Shown piece by piece: positions 1 through 9,505 of a stretch of DNA of 64,000 nucleotides; the first letter of the stretch is position 1; each line of letters starts with the position of its first letter. This DNA comes from Leptonemataceae bacterium (GTDB lineage Bacteria > Spirochaetota > Leptospiria > Leptospirales > Leptonemataceae): contig OZ245742.1 of NCBI GenBank assembly GCA_965227295.1, positions 5,856,001 to 5,920,000 on the forward strand. Direction: 5' to 3'. Below the pieces are notes generated by a model, which did not search any database, was not told the DNA's origin, and worked only from the letters and a program-made list of their open reading frames with translations. A program made the translations under genes and the position numbers.

Positions 1-97
1 TGTAGGTAGGCCGCCACCTTCTTTTCGTGCTGGGGCATGGTGCGCAGAGTATACCAGCGTTGGCCGGGTTGCGCGCGCTTCGTGTCCTGGTCGCCGG

Positions 98-1192
98 TCA
101 CGGCGCGGCCCCGTCGAGCAGACTTACCGGCAGGGCATCGCCCATCGCGAAGTTTTCCGGGGCCGCCACGCCGATCAGCGCGGACAGTCGATCCGCGGGG
201 ATGCCGCCGCCCGGACGTTGTGCGATTAACATATCTTCCGTAATTGTTTGCCCGGAGGAGATAGCGGTTCGGGCGTACACCGAACGTCGGCCGCCGGCGC
301 GCACGGTGGCTTCGCAGGGTTGCATGGTCTTCGCGAGAGACGGCTCCTCGGTGGGTATCGGTCGCGGATGCTCTGCAAAGGCAGCGGCGACGGCATCGGC
401 CAGGCGACGAAAGTCCGCGGGATCCAGGGAGAGTTGCTGATCCGGCCCGGGCAGATTGCGGTCGATGGTGAAGTGCCGCTCGACGGCCCGCGCTCCGTAC
501 CGCACGGCCTCGACGCTGACCTCGTTGCCCGTGCAGTGATCGGAGATGCCGGTGAGGCATTCGTAGCGCGCAGCCCACCGCGAAACCAGGGCCGGCCGAT
601 AGTCGGCCGGATTCGCCGGATACGAAGAAACGCATTCAAAGATCAGAAAAGCCGGCACCGCCCGACCCGCCGGCGCCCCGTCTCGCAACCAGCCGACCGC
701 CCGGGCGACCTCCGCTTCTTCGGCCGTGCCGGTGCTGAACAAAACGTGCCAGCGCCGGTCGGCAGCGATCTTCGCAAACAGATCGCGGTGGTTAATATCA
801 CACGAAGCAATCTTAAGCAGCCGGCAGTCCAGTTCCCGGTACAACTCCAGCGCGGCGTCGTCGAAGACCGAACAAAAGAAGTCCAGCCCCAGATCCTCGC
901 GCACGTACGCGGCGAGTTCCTTCCACTCGCCCGGCTGTAGTTCGAACTGCCGGAAGAACTCCTGCAATGTGCCGGGCGGGCCGTCTCCCAGACGCGCGTT
1001 GGCGTTCAGGAACGCCGCGGCATCGTACAGCTGAAACTTGGCCGCGTGGGCACCGGCGTCCCGGGCCGCGGCGGCAATGCGTTTCGCCAGGGCTAAATCC
1101 CCGTTATGATTCAGGCCGATCTCGGCGATGAGATACGGCGGCGCGTCCAGGGCAATGCGATGGAATTCGCTCTGTATGACAGGGGCGGTCAT
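98..1192 (-). CDS. N-acetylneuraminate/pseudaminate synthase family protein (NeuB/SpsE-like) with C-terminal SAF domain
   Basis: IAEIGLNHNGD, AAKFQ, KIASCDI, STG, CVSSYP, GISDH, ERHFT motifs; C-terminal RRSVYA...RPGGGI. Confidence 0.9.
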   Translation of the reverse strand: MTAPVIQSEFHRIALDAPPYLIAEIGLNHNGDLALAKRIAAAARDAGAHAAKFQLYDAAAFLNANARLGDGPPGTLQEFFRQFELQPGEWKELAAYVREDLGLDFFCSVFDDAALELYRELDCRLLKIASCDINHRDLFAKIAADRRWHVLFSTGTAEEAEVARAVGWLRDGAPAGRAVPAFLIFECVSSYPANPADYRPALVSRWAARYECLTGISDHCTGNEVSVEAVRYGARAVERHFTIDRNLPGPDQQLSLDPADFRRLADAVAAAFAEHPRPIPTEEPSLAKTMQPCEATVRAGGRRSVYARTAISSGQTITEDMLIAQRPGGGIPADRLSALIGVAAPENFAMGDALPVSLLDGAAP

Positions 1193-1277
1193 AGTTCGAC
1201 GTTTCCACAGGATCCTGCCCCGCCCTGCCGGTCAAAATGTTATTGATCCACCGACCCGCGCGGCGGCATGTTCCGAT

Positions 1278-2780
1278 GTGCCCGACAGATTTCGGAACAT
1301 CGGCGCCTATCTGCGCTACCAGTGTAGTCTCTACGAAGACCTGACCGCGCTGCGCTTCTATCGCAACTATCGTCCCCGCGAGGTCAGCTACCGGCTCCTG
1401 GGCGAGCTGGCGTCGGCCGTGGCCCTGGGCATGCGGCGCGCCGGCAAACTGCGCAGCGGTGATCGCGTCTGTATCGTCGGTGAATCTTCGGCGGAGTGGA
1501 TCGTCGCCTTCACGGCAACGCACTTTGCCGGCGGTGTCGACGTCGCCTTTGAATCGTACGCCGACGAACGCAAGATCCGTCGCATCATGCAACGCATGAA
1601 CGCGAAAGTACTGTTCTGCGATCGCGAGGGCCTGGTGCGTGCGCTGGCGAAGGACTCCGAATTTCTATGCGTGCACTTGAGCTGGCGCATCGTTCCGGAA
1701 GGGGCGTCTTACATGAGCCTCGCGGATCTGCGTCGGGAGGGCGACAGGAGCGGCGGCGCGACGGCGGTCGCGGAGCGATTGCGGCGCGGGCGCCTGCCGG
1801 ACGATCCCGCTTCGATTCTCTTTAAGCGCAGCGACCTGCGCCGGGAGAATCCCCGGGGCATAGTGCTCACGCATCGCGCGGTGCTGACGAACGCGCGTTC
1901 CTTCAACTCCATCTTTCCCGTGCAGGCGGGCGACGCACTACTGAGCGCGCTCCCGCTGTGGCATTCCTCCGGACGGCTGGCGCTCTACTTCGCCGTCGAC
2001 TCGGGCACGCCGCTGTGTCTTTCCAACGACACGGACTTTCTTACGGACCTGAAACGATTCGCGCCGACCCTCGCCATCGCCACTCCGGAAACCATCGAAA
2101 AGGTGTTTCGGCATCTACGCGAAGGCGCGCCGGGCGAGTCCTCTTCGATCGTAATGTTACGTCGCCTGCACTTAAAGCTCTGTCGCTTTTACTATCGTTG
2201 GGAAGACCTGCTCGGGGAACTGAGCGAGGGTCGCACGGACGACGCCCTGGCCTACTTCTTCGCGCGTTTGATGATGTTCGTATTGTTTCCGGTGAAGTTC
2301 GCCGGGGATACGCTCTTGCGCATGGCGGTGCTCCGTGGATTCGGCGGGCGTCTGCGGGCCATTCTTTCCGGCGGCGGCATGCTGGCCACGGCCTACGAAG
2401 ATCTCTTTCGCATGCTGGGCATTCCGGTTTTGCAGGGTTACTGGCTGACCGAGGCCGCTCACATTGTGGCCTGCCGCACGCTGGAGTTTACGGGGCAGGA
2501 ACGCCGGCTCGCGGCGAGCACCGTGGGGCCGGCCCTTCCGGGCGTGGAACTCAAGATCGTCGATCACCGCGGCGACGACGTCTCCAACGTGCCCGGCGCC
2601 GAAGGACAAATTCTCGTGCGCTCGGGTTCGATTATGCAGGGTTATTATCGTGATCCCGCGTTGACGGGCGATGTGCTGGGCGAGAGCGGCTGGCTTCGGA
2701 CCGGCGACCGCGGTCGATTGACGCCGGGCGGCGACCTGGTGCTGCTGGGCAAAGAAGGTCGACCGGCGGGATTGGATTAA
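1278..2780 (+). CDS. AMP-binding (long-chain acyl-CoA synthetase-like) protein, apparently degenerate
   Basis: GDRV, LPLWH, ILSGGG, GYWLTE, IMQGYYRDP, GWLRTGD motifs; GTG at 1278 chosen because the ORF from 1128 overlaps the divergent gene. Confidence 0.75.
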   Translation: MPDRFRNIGAYLRYQCSLYEDLTALRFYRNYRPREVSYRLLGELASAVALGMRRAGKLRSGDRVCIVGESSAEWIVAFTATHFAGGVDVAFESYADERKIRRIMQRMNAKVLFCDREGLVRALAKDSEFLCVHLSWRIVPEGASYMSLADLRREGDRSGGATAVAERLRRGRLPDDPASILFKRSDLRRENPRGIVLTHRAVLTNARSFNSIFPVQAGDALLSALPLWHSSGRLALYFAVDSGTPLCLSNDTDFLTDLKRFAPTLAIATPETIEKVFRHLREGAPGESSSIVMLRRLHLKLCRFYYRWEDLLGELSEGRTDDALAYFFARLMMFVLFPVKFAGDTLLRMAVLRGFGGRLRAILSGGGMLATAYEDLFRMLGIPVLQGYWLTEAAHIVACRTLEFTGQERRLAASTVGPALPGVELKIVDHRGDDVSNVPGAEGQILVRSGSIMQGYYRDPALTGDVLGESGWLRTGDRGRLTPGGDLVLLGKEGRPAGLD

Positions 2781-2929
2781 GTCGTGCCGGGCAGAAGTTA
2801 GCAAAGATCAAAGCAGGCCGAGTTTCCGGAGTTCTTCGTCGCTCAGGCCCGTGATATCGCGAATGAATTCCAGGGATTGGCCTTTCTCCGCAAGACGGCG
2901 CGCGGTGGCGAGACGTTCAGCGGGCGCTC

Positions 2930-3056
2930 GATCGTGTCAACAACTTCCGGGCCGCCCTTGAGCAGCGGGAGTATCGGCAGGACCGCCAGGTCCTCGTCCA
3001 GGAAGTCCCGCGCATCATACTCCCACAGGCGAATCAAATCAAACTGAAAACGCAAC
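2930..3056 (-). pseudogene. Fragment resembling Rpn/putative transposase (PD-(D/E)XK-like) family
   Basis: Peptide LRFQFDLIRLWEYDARDFLDEDLAVLPILPLLKGG resembles the 'VIRLWE...LLPLLPL' segment of Rpn-like proteins; no intact gene around it. Confidence 0.4.
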
Positions 3057-3128
3057 CGGCGACAAAATCGGCACCTGCGCGTGAAAAAAACTCGCGCGGA
3101 TCGAAAAAAATGCCAGGCTGCCGCGAGA

Positions 3129-3746
3129 ATGAGCATCGAACAAAGCGCCGGATCCGGCTACCGCAACACCTACTACGTCCTGCGTCACGGCATCAGCATC
3201 GCCAACGAAGAAGAACTGATCGTCTCGCAACCGGAAAACGGCGTGGGCAACTACGGACTCAGTGCAAACGGCGTCCCGCACACCGAAGAACGACTGCGCC
3301 CGGCCTACGTGGACGCGCGCTTCGGCTTTCAGTTTTCCCGGGATACTACGATCGTTTTTACCTCGGACTTCGCCCGGGCTTCGGAAACGGCGGCCATCTT
3401 CGTACGCATGTTCGATCTCGACGAAGCACGCATCGACGAGCGCCTGCGCGAGCGTAACTTCGGGTCGCTGGAACTTAAGTCCAGCAAAGAGTACAATCGC
3501 GTGTGGGCCTTCGACGAACAGCGCGTCGATCATAGCGAGTTCGACGCCGAGTCCACGGCAAAGGTCGCCGCGCGGTTGCAGGCCTTTCTGGACGAGTGCG
3601 AGAAGAATCACGCGGGCAAACACATCGTCTGCGTTTCCCACGGGGACCCCTCGCAGATCTTTCAGACGATCTTTGCAGGTCTCGCGCCGAATAAACACCG
3701 CACTCTGCCGCACCTGGAAAACGCGGAGTTGCGGAAACTCAACTGA
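3129..3746 (+). CDS. Histidine phosphatase (phosphoglycerate mutase) family protein
   Basis: LRHG, SDFARASETA, LRERNFG, VSHG motifs. Confidence 0.9.
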   Translation: MSIEQSAGSGYRNTYYVLRHGISIANEEELIVSQPENGVGNYGLSANGVPHTEERLRPAYVDARFGFQFSRDTTIVFTSDFARASETAAIFVRMFDLDEARIDERLRERNFGSLELKSSKEYNRVWAFDEQRVDHSEFDAESTAKVAARLQAFLDECEKNHAGKHIVCVSHGDPSQIFQTIFAGLAPNKHRTLPHLENAELRKLN

Positions 3747-3809
3747 CTTTCAGAAGCTTAAGAGCCGCGGGTATTGCGGCGAAGACGCCGTTCCGGTCGG
3801 CCGGGCGCG

Positions 3810-3876
3810 AAGGCGCACTCGCTCCGCCCCGCGGATAGAGCGGGGCTCCGGAGTGCGCCTTTGCTTGATGTTTTTT
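3810..3876 (+). terminator. Stem-loop, probable intrinsic terminator
   Basis: AAGGCGCACTC...GAGTGCGCCTT arms with inner GCCCCGC/GCGGGGC stem, followed by a T-rich tract. Confidence 0.5.
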
Positions 3877-3882
3877 CCGAAG

Positions 3883-4044
3883 CGAAGACGCCGTTCCGGT
3901 CCGCCTTACCACGTTCCCCGGCATAACCTCCGCACGTCGGCTGGAACCAGCCGTACCCATCAAAGGCTTAATATAAACTGGCCTTCACTTACTTCACAAT
4001 TCGGGGCGTGTGCGAACTGCCCGGGTGTTCCCGGTAGTTCAAGA
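3883..4044. repeat. Non-coding direct repeat copy 1 (78-bp identical core 3883-3960)
   Basis: Core identical to 4211-4288; flanking ~85 bp similar; 19-bp partial third copy at 3780-3798. Confidence 0.9.
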
Positions 4045-4210
4045 ACCGCGGTCCGTCGCGTTTGCCGCTGGAAACGTGAAGTAAATTGCGCAACCGTGAA
4101 AGGTCTTTTTGGCTACGGCTCTTCGGAGTTGTGGTGATTCGTTTTGCAAAGAATGCTGCGCTCGACCCGGACGCAGGTTTGCGACTCAGCGATCGTAACG
4201 TTTCTTACGA

Positions 4211-4373
4211 CGAAGACGCCGTTCCGGTCCGCCTTACCACGTTCCCCGGCATAACCTCCGCACGTCGGCTGGAACCAGCCGTACCCATAAAAGCCTTAAT
4301 GTATACTGACCGCCACTTACACCACGATCCGGGGCGTGTGCGAAAAAACCTGAGCGCTTTCCGTAGTTCAAGA
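4211..4373. repeat. Non-coding direct repeat copy 2 (78-bp identical core 4211-4288)
   Basis: Identical to 3883-3960 with similar extension. Confidence 0.9.
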
Positions 4374-4395
4374 GCTGCGCGTGGCGTGTCCGTAC

Positions 4396-6216
4396 TTACG
4401 TCTCCACGGCGGGATTCTTGAGGTGCTGGTGGTACGCCGCAAAGATGTCGTGGTAGCGCAGGTAGCCCTGGACCTTTTCTTCGGCATCGACGATGGCGAC
4501 TTTGTCCGTCTCGGATTCGGTGATGATGCGCAACGCCCGGGCCAGGGAATCGTCCGGGGTTACGGCGGCCACCCCGGTATCGGCGACGTCGTCGACCGTT
4601 ACGAGGCCGCGAATCGCCTGCATGTCCGAGGTAAGGCGGACCTTTTTTAACGAGAGCACGCCGTGGTACGTGCCGTCGGCGTTCGCGACGATGAAGTCGC
4701 TCGCCTGGAGTTCGAAGGAAAGTTCTTCCAGTTCCCCGAGCAACTGTGAGCGCGCAATAATGGCCCGATTGCGCAACGTCGGAAACTCGTCGCGGATGCG
4801 CAGTTGATTGAGGATGTCCAGTTGCATGTCCCAGTAGTGCGCCGGGGACTTGAAACGATTCAGGGCCTGCTCTTTATAGAGCGACCACTTGTGCGACATG
4901 ATGAACGCGATCATCGAAACGATCATCAGCGGCGGGAGCAGTGTGTACGTGCCGACGATGTCGCAGACCATGATCATCGCGGCGAAGGGCGCCCGGGCCA
5001 CGCCGGCGAAGAACGAACCCATGCCGACCACCATGAACGGGGCGATGTGTATGTCCCAACCGGGCAGCAGGTACTGACCCAGGGCGGCGACGAAACCGCC
5101 CAGCATGGCGCCGATGAACAACGACGGCGCAAACAGCCCGCCCGACCCGCCGGAGCCGATCGTAAACGAAGTCGTAAAGATCTTTAAGAACGTAATAAAC
5201 AGGAACATGCCCGCGAGGGCCAGGGTGTTTTCCGAACCCGGCAACGGACTGCGGCCGTTCAGCACCTCGTAGAGATAACCGAAGCCGCTGCCGATCGCTT
5301 CCGGAAAGATCAACGCCACCGCGCCGACGAAGACGCCGCCCACCGCCGGCTTGAGAATGCGATGGATGGGCAGCCAGGTAAAGAAATTCTCTACGGCATG
5401 GAAGATGCGCACGTAGACGTACCCCACCGAGTAACACGTTAACCCCAACAGAACGTAAATTAAGATCTCACGCAAATCGTTCAGCGCAATGATCGTACCG
5501 AGCTGGAACATCGAGCCCGGCCCCGCGATGGTCGTGAACGTGAGGTAGCCCGTAACCGAAGCGATGATGCACGGGACCAGGGAATCGCTCTCGATGTCTT
5601 CTTTGTAAATAATCTCCACCGCCACCATGGCGCCGCCGAGGGGGGCCTTAAAGATGGCGCCGAGACCGCCGGCAGTTCCCGCGAGCAAGAGCGTGCGCCG
5701 CGCCCGCGGACCGGCGCCGAGCAGATTGGCAAACCAGGAACCGAGGCCCGCACCGACGAACGCCGTAGGCCCTTCCCGTCCGGCGCTGCCGCCGGTGGAG
5801 AGCGTGCAGATTGTACCGAGCGCCTTGAACAAAGGACCGCGTCCTTTGATGCGCCCTTCTTTTTGATGAAAGGCGTGCACGAGGTTATCCGTGCCGGCGC
5901 CGGCGACTTCATCGTAGAAGAAGTGCGCGATCAATCCCACGACCAGGCCGCCGATGATCGGCAATGCGAAGAGTAAGTACGGATTCACGTGGGCCGCAGC
6001 CCCGGCCAGCTCCAGATCCAGGTGGATCTCCCCCGGCGGATGGACGCCGTGCACGCCGGCGAGATAGCGCTGGAGAAAGTATTCGGCGTACGCCAGGCCG
6101 TAACTGAAAAGCACGGCAAAGAGACCGGAGAACAGTCCGATCAGAACCGAGTAAAAGTACATCTGGCGCGGGGAACGAATGCGAAGAATATCACGGCCGC
6201 GCTGCCAGACGCTCAT
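4396..6216 (-). CDS. CLC family chloride channel/antiporter with C-terminal CBS pair
   Basis: GAGTD, GSAGREGP, GGSGGLFAP motifs, many TM helices, CBS-like tail. Confidence 0.92.
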   Translation of the reverse strand: MSVWQRGRDILRIRSPRQMYFYSVLIGLFSGLFAVLFSYGLAYAEYFLQRYLAGVHGVHPPGEIHLDLELAGAAAHVNPYLLFALPIIGGLVVGLIAHFFYDEVAGAGTDNLVHAFHQKEGRIKGRGPLFKALGTICTLSTGGSAGREGPTAFVGAGLGSWFANLLGAGPRARRTLLLAGTAGGLGAIFKAPLGGAMVAVEIIYKEDIESDSLVPCIIASVTGYLTFTTIAGPGSMFQLGTIIALNDLREILIYVLLGLTCYSVGYVYVRIFHAVENFFTWLPIHRILKPAVGGVFVGAVALIFPEAIGSGFGYLYEVLNGRSPLPGSENTLALAGMFLFITFLKIFTTSFTIGSGGSGGLFAPSLFIGAMLGGFVAALGQYLLPGWDIHIAPFMVVGMGSFFAGVARAPFAAMIMVCDIVGTYTLLPPLMIVSMIAFIMSHKWSLYKEQALNRFKSPAHYWDMQLDILNQLRIRDEFPTLRNRAIIARSQLLGELEELSFELQASDFIVANADGTYHGVLSLKKVRLTSDMQAIRGLVTVDDVADTGVAAVTPDDSLARALRIITESETDKVAIVDAEEKVQGYLRYHDIFAAYHQHLKNPAVET

Positions 6217-6328
6217 CCTGTCACGCTATGCGCATTGGCCAGGATGACAAATACATTCAATCTTACTGCCCGGCCGGAAACCTGGCTTGACCGGACGATC
6301 TTCCGTACGCAATCTGTAACCTGCGCCG

Positions 6329-7093
6329 ATGGTCGGCGTTGTTCGGGACACCGCTATGCACTCCGATATGATGGACTGGGAACCGGCCGGGCCCCTGCAC
6401 CCGGAAGCGCTGACCCACGGGCCGGGCGGCGGACCGAATCTCATCGAAATCTACCAGGCCTTAAAGAACAAGTATCGCAACTACGATACGAAGCACGCCC
6501 TTCGGCGCATGCAGGCCTTTCGACGTTCCGTCGCCGAACTCAGCGAGAAGGGTTTTCCCCTGGCTCTCGAAATCCTCGGCAGTATCAACTTCGGCATCGT
6601 CGAAGAAGGCTCCGACGCCGACGTCATCATCCTGCACAACTGCGATCTGCATTTGCACGACGGCGAATGCATGCCCACCTGCTCGAACCTTAAGTTCGAA
6701 CGCGATGAACTCGTGTCTCGCATGCGCCGGCAACCGGGCAGCGAAAACTTCAACATCGAAATCCTGGACTGCGTGAACCTGCGTTACGTCGAGCAGGCCA
6801 TGGCCGACAAACGCTTCGACGACTCCATTCTGTTACGCTTTATGTTCTATCGGAACATGGGCCGGCCGGTGAACCGGCCGCTGTTCATTCACATATACGA
6901 GGCGCTCGAAAGCAACCGCGAGCTTATGGACCGCTTCCGCCCCTGGGCCTCGGAAGCACTGGCCATCTACCTCAAGACCTCGGATCACCGGCATTCGTTC
7001 AGTAAGTACAACGAACGCATTGTGAACCAGGGTATCGATCTTCCGGAAGAGCTGCGGGACGAACTGCGGTTTTACCTGGAACAACGGAAGTAA
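6329..7093 (+). CDS. Hypothetical protein with Pol-beta-like nucleotidyltransferase motif
   Basis: LGSINFG...SDADVII (hGS-x9-DxD); start may be 6356. Confidence 0.6.
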   Translation: MVGVVRDTAMHSDMMDWEPAGPLHPEALTHGPGGGPNLIEIYQALKNKYRNYDTKHALRRMQAFRRSVAELSEKGFPLALEILGSINFGIVEEGSDADVIILHNCDLHLHDGECMPTCSNLKFERDELVSRMRRQPGSENFNIEILDCVNLRYVEQAMADKRFDDSILLRFMFYRNMGRPVNRPLFIHIYEALESNRELMDRFRPWASEALAIYLKTSDHRHSFSKYNERIVNQGIDLPEELRDELRFYLEQRK

Positions 7094-7095
7094 CT

Positions 7096-8526
7096 TCACT
7101 TGCCATCATCAAACACAATCGTCGTGCCTTCCACGTTGATCACGTCCCCCGACTCGAGCCGCCGCTGGCGCGCGGGTTTGTTGTTCACCAGCACGTCCTC
7201 GCGACTCACCAGCGTATACGCATCACGGCCTTTGTCGTACAACACCGCCGCGTGACGCGGTTGGAGTCGTGTGACACCGCCGTGGATCGTCAGGTCACTG
7301 CCCGCCGCGCTGCCGATGATGGTACGACCGCCGTTTAACTTCAGCGACGGCGTTACGTTGCGCGCTCCGCCGGGATCCAGGACGTAGAGACCGGCCGGGC
7401 CGGGATCGTGTTCGAAATTCAGCCGCGGCAGTAAAAAGAGCCCAAGCAATGCCAGCAAGAGCGGCAAGAGCAACAACGGCGTGAGTGAATCGAGAGGCAG
7501 ACCGAACACCGTGCCCGCGTAATAAAAACGTTCCGCTTCGGCCCGGGGTTGATCGGCGACGGTGGACTTCCGTCCGTAACTTACTTTCAGAGTACGTTTG
7601 TCCGCGGGCAGCATGGTGGCCCGATACGTAAGCAGGTACTCGTTGCGAATCTGCCCGGCAATCGACGCGTAGACGTTCGCCAGTTCGTCGCTGTTGCGCG
7701 CGTCGAAGACTGCGCCGCCGGTGCTCCGGGAAATTTCCGCGAGCCGGCGATCCTTACGAAAACGACCGGTGCCGTAGTTGATCGTAAAAACGGAAATGCC
7801 CGCGCGCTCCGCCGCACCGAGGGGCTCCGTATAGTCCCAGATCTTCGTGCCGTAACGCGGATGCGCCTGGTTCGTCAGCGTATGTAACGGACGGTTCTCG
7901 CCGTCCGAGAGGACGATGATGACCCGGCGCCCGCCGATTTTTTCCAGGTCTTCCACCGCATGATGCAACGAGGCATACAGCTCAGTATAACCGTCCACAC
8001 CGGACGGCGGCACAATATCTTTTTCCAACGCCCCGTGCAGGCCGTTCCAGTCGTCCGTGAAATCGAGGTGCCGATGGTAGTGACTGTTGTAGGAAACCAG
8101 CGAGACCCGGTCGCGCTCCGGATCGATGCGATTCAGAAAGTCCCGCACGGCCTCCCGGGCGCTGTCGATGCGGCGGCGCAGTACTCCGTTGGAATCACGA
8201 TGCCGACGATACATGCTGCCGGAGTTGTCGATCAATAGCAGAAAACGGATGCCGTCTTCGTAGTTCGTGCGATGGTCGAAGTCCGTGATCTCCACGGGCA
8301 GGTACTCCGTTTCGTCTTTAGATTCGTACAGTCTGAAGTTACGCCGGGTGAGCCCGCGCACCGGGCGGCCGGAGTCGTCCGTGACGCTGACGTAGGCCCG
8401 CACGTTTTGCTCGAAGAGTAATCCCCCGGCATCGATCTGCGAAATACGCACGGACTCCGCTCCGAGGCTTGCGGTCAGCGCCAGTCCGGCGGCGATCATC
8501 CAACACAATGTCTGTTTCATATTCAT
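7096..8526 (-). CDS. Signal peptide-VWA domain-TM-FHA domain protein
   Basis: MIDAS DNSGSM, T in GYTELY, LSDGEN; hydrophobic TM; FHA-like IIGS...DL..HA...VNN...LESGDVI. Confidence 0.88.
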   Translation of the reverse strand: MNMKQTLCWMIAAGLALTASLGAESVRISQIDAGGLLFEQNVRAYVSVTDDSGRPVRGLTRRNFRLYESKDETEYLPVEITDFDHRTNYEDGIRFLLLIDNSGSMYRRHRDSNGVLRRRIDSAREAVRDFLNRIDPERDRVSLVSYNSHYHRHLDFTDDWNGLHGALEKDIVPPSGVDGYTELYASLHHAVEDLEKIGGRRVIIVLSDGENRPLHTLTNQAHPRYGTKIWDYTEPLGAAERAGISVFTINYGTGRFRKDRRLAEISRSTGGAVFDARNSDELANVYASIAGQIRNEYLLTYRATMLPADKRTLKVSYGRKSTVADQPRAEAERFYYAGTVFGLPLDSLTPLLLLPLLLALLGLFLLPRLNFEHDPGPAGLYVLDPGGARNVTPSLKLNGGRTIIGSAAGSDLTIHGGVTRLQPRHAAVLYDKGRDAYTLVSREDVLVNNKPARQRRLESGDVINVEGTTIVFDDGK

Positions 8527-8544
8527 GGCGTTCCTCCGCTCGTT

Positions 8545-9471
8545 TCAGTAATGAAAGATCAACTTCGCTTTGCCGATGCGCACCACGTCGTCGATTTTCA
8601 GAACGTGTTCTTTTTCAATGCGATCGTCGTTGGCATACACCCGCGGCGACTCCGTCTTACGCCGGGGCGTGCGGATCGCCACGTCTTCGCCGTGAACCTC
8701 AAGCACGGCATGTTTCGAGGCCACGCCGGCATAACCGTCGAGTACGATGTCGTTCGACGAGGCCGATCCCAGGCTCAACCGCTGCCGCGAGATCAAAAAC
8801 TCCCGCCCGCGACGGCGGCCGTTCAAAAGCGTGAGCACGCCGTACGCGAAGCGCGCTTCCACGGCACCGTAGACGAATCCCAGGCAGGCGCCGAAGACGA
8901 TCAAACCCGCGAGACGCGCCGGGGCCAGTCCCGGAATCCCTAACTGTAGGTATTCTAAGATTAACCCGCCGAGGAAACCGCCGGCGCCGCCGCCGATCAA
9001 TCCCGTGCGCAGGCGTTCCTTCGAGCGGCGCATCAATGCATCGCTGACGGCGATACCCACGAAGGCGCCGAGAATCGCCCAGCCCACGGCCCGGGCGAAG
9101 GGGAAAAGCCAGAAATCTCCGGGATAACGGCCCATCTTCAACAGCACTTCACCGACGAAGAACAACAACGCCTGACCTGAAAAACAACCCGCGAGTCCGC
9201 CGAGGGCGCCCATCAGTGCGCCGCCGGCGGCCCGGGCGAGTACCGGCCCGGATGTCAGCGTACGGTGACCGCGGCCGGCGACGATGCTCTCCCCGGAGCC
9301 GAAACATCCGCCCATCAACGCCCCGAAGACCGCGCCCAGCACGACGCTGAACGCCAGGTACGAAGGAAACGACATCTGATAAAACACCGTCACCTCCGCC
9401 GCCGGCCAGGCCGCCAGGCCCGCCAGCGCGCCGATTCCAATGAACAACATTCTTCTCTTAAATACGGACAT
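8545..9471 (-). CDS. Multi-pass Gly-rich membrane protein with C-terminal FHA domain
   Basis: Six or so Gly-rich TM segments; LGS...NDIVL...VASKHA...LKIDDVVRIG. Confidence 0.85.
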   Translation of the reverse strand: MSVFKRRMLFIGIGALAGLAAWPAAEVTVFYQMSFPSYLAFSVVLGAVFGALMGGCFGSGESIVAGRGHRTLTSGPVLARAAGGALMGALGGLAGCFSGQALLFFVGEVLLKMGRYPGDFWLFPFARAVGWAILGAFVGIAVSDALMRRSKERLRTGLIGGGAGGFLGGLILEYLQLGIPGLAPARLAGLIVFGACLGFVYGAVEARFAYGVLTLLNGRRRGREFLISRQRLSLGSASSNDIVLDGYAGVASKHAVLEVHGEDVAIRTPRRKTESPRVYANDDRIEKEHVLKIDDVVRIGKAKLIFHY

Positions 9472-9505
9472 ATAATCCTCCCGCGACGCCGAGGCGCGCT
9501 AACTT

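Noticed and set aside
3739..3963. 74-aa ORF within repeat copy 1
   Set aside because: The equivalent frame in copy 2 stops shortly after the core, and GGAGG is only 2 nt from the internal ATG; a small peptide cannot be fully excluded.
3780..4373. CRISPR array or fluoride riboswitch linked to the CLC gene
   Set aside because: Only two long copies with a 328-bp period; the region lies downstream of the CLC gene, lacks the crcB motif, and the CLC lacks CLC-F signatures (GNNLI/GREGT/GEVTP).
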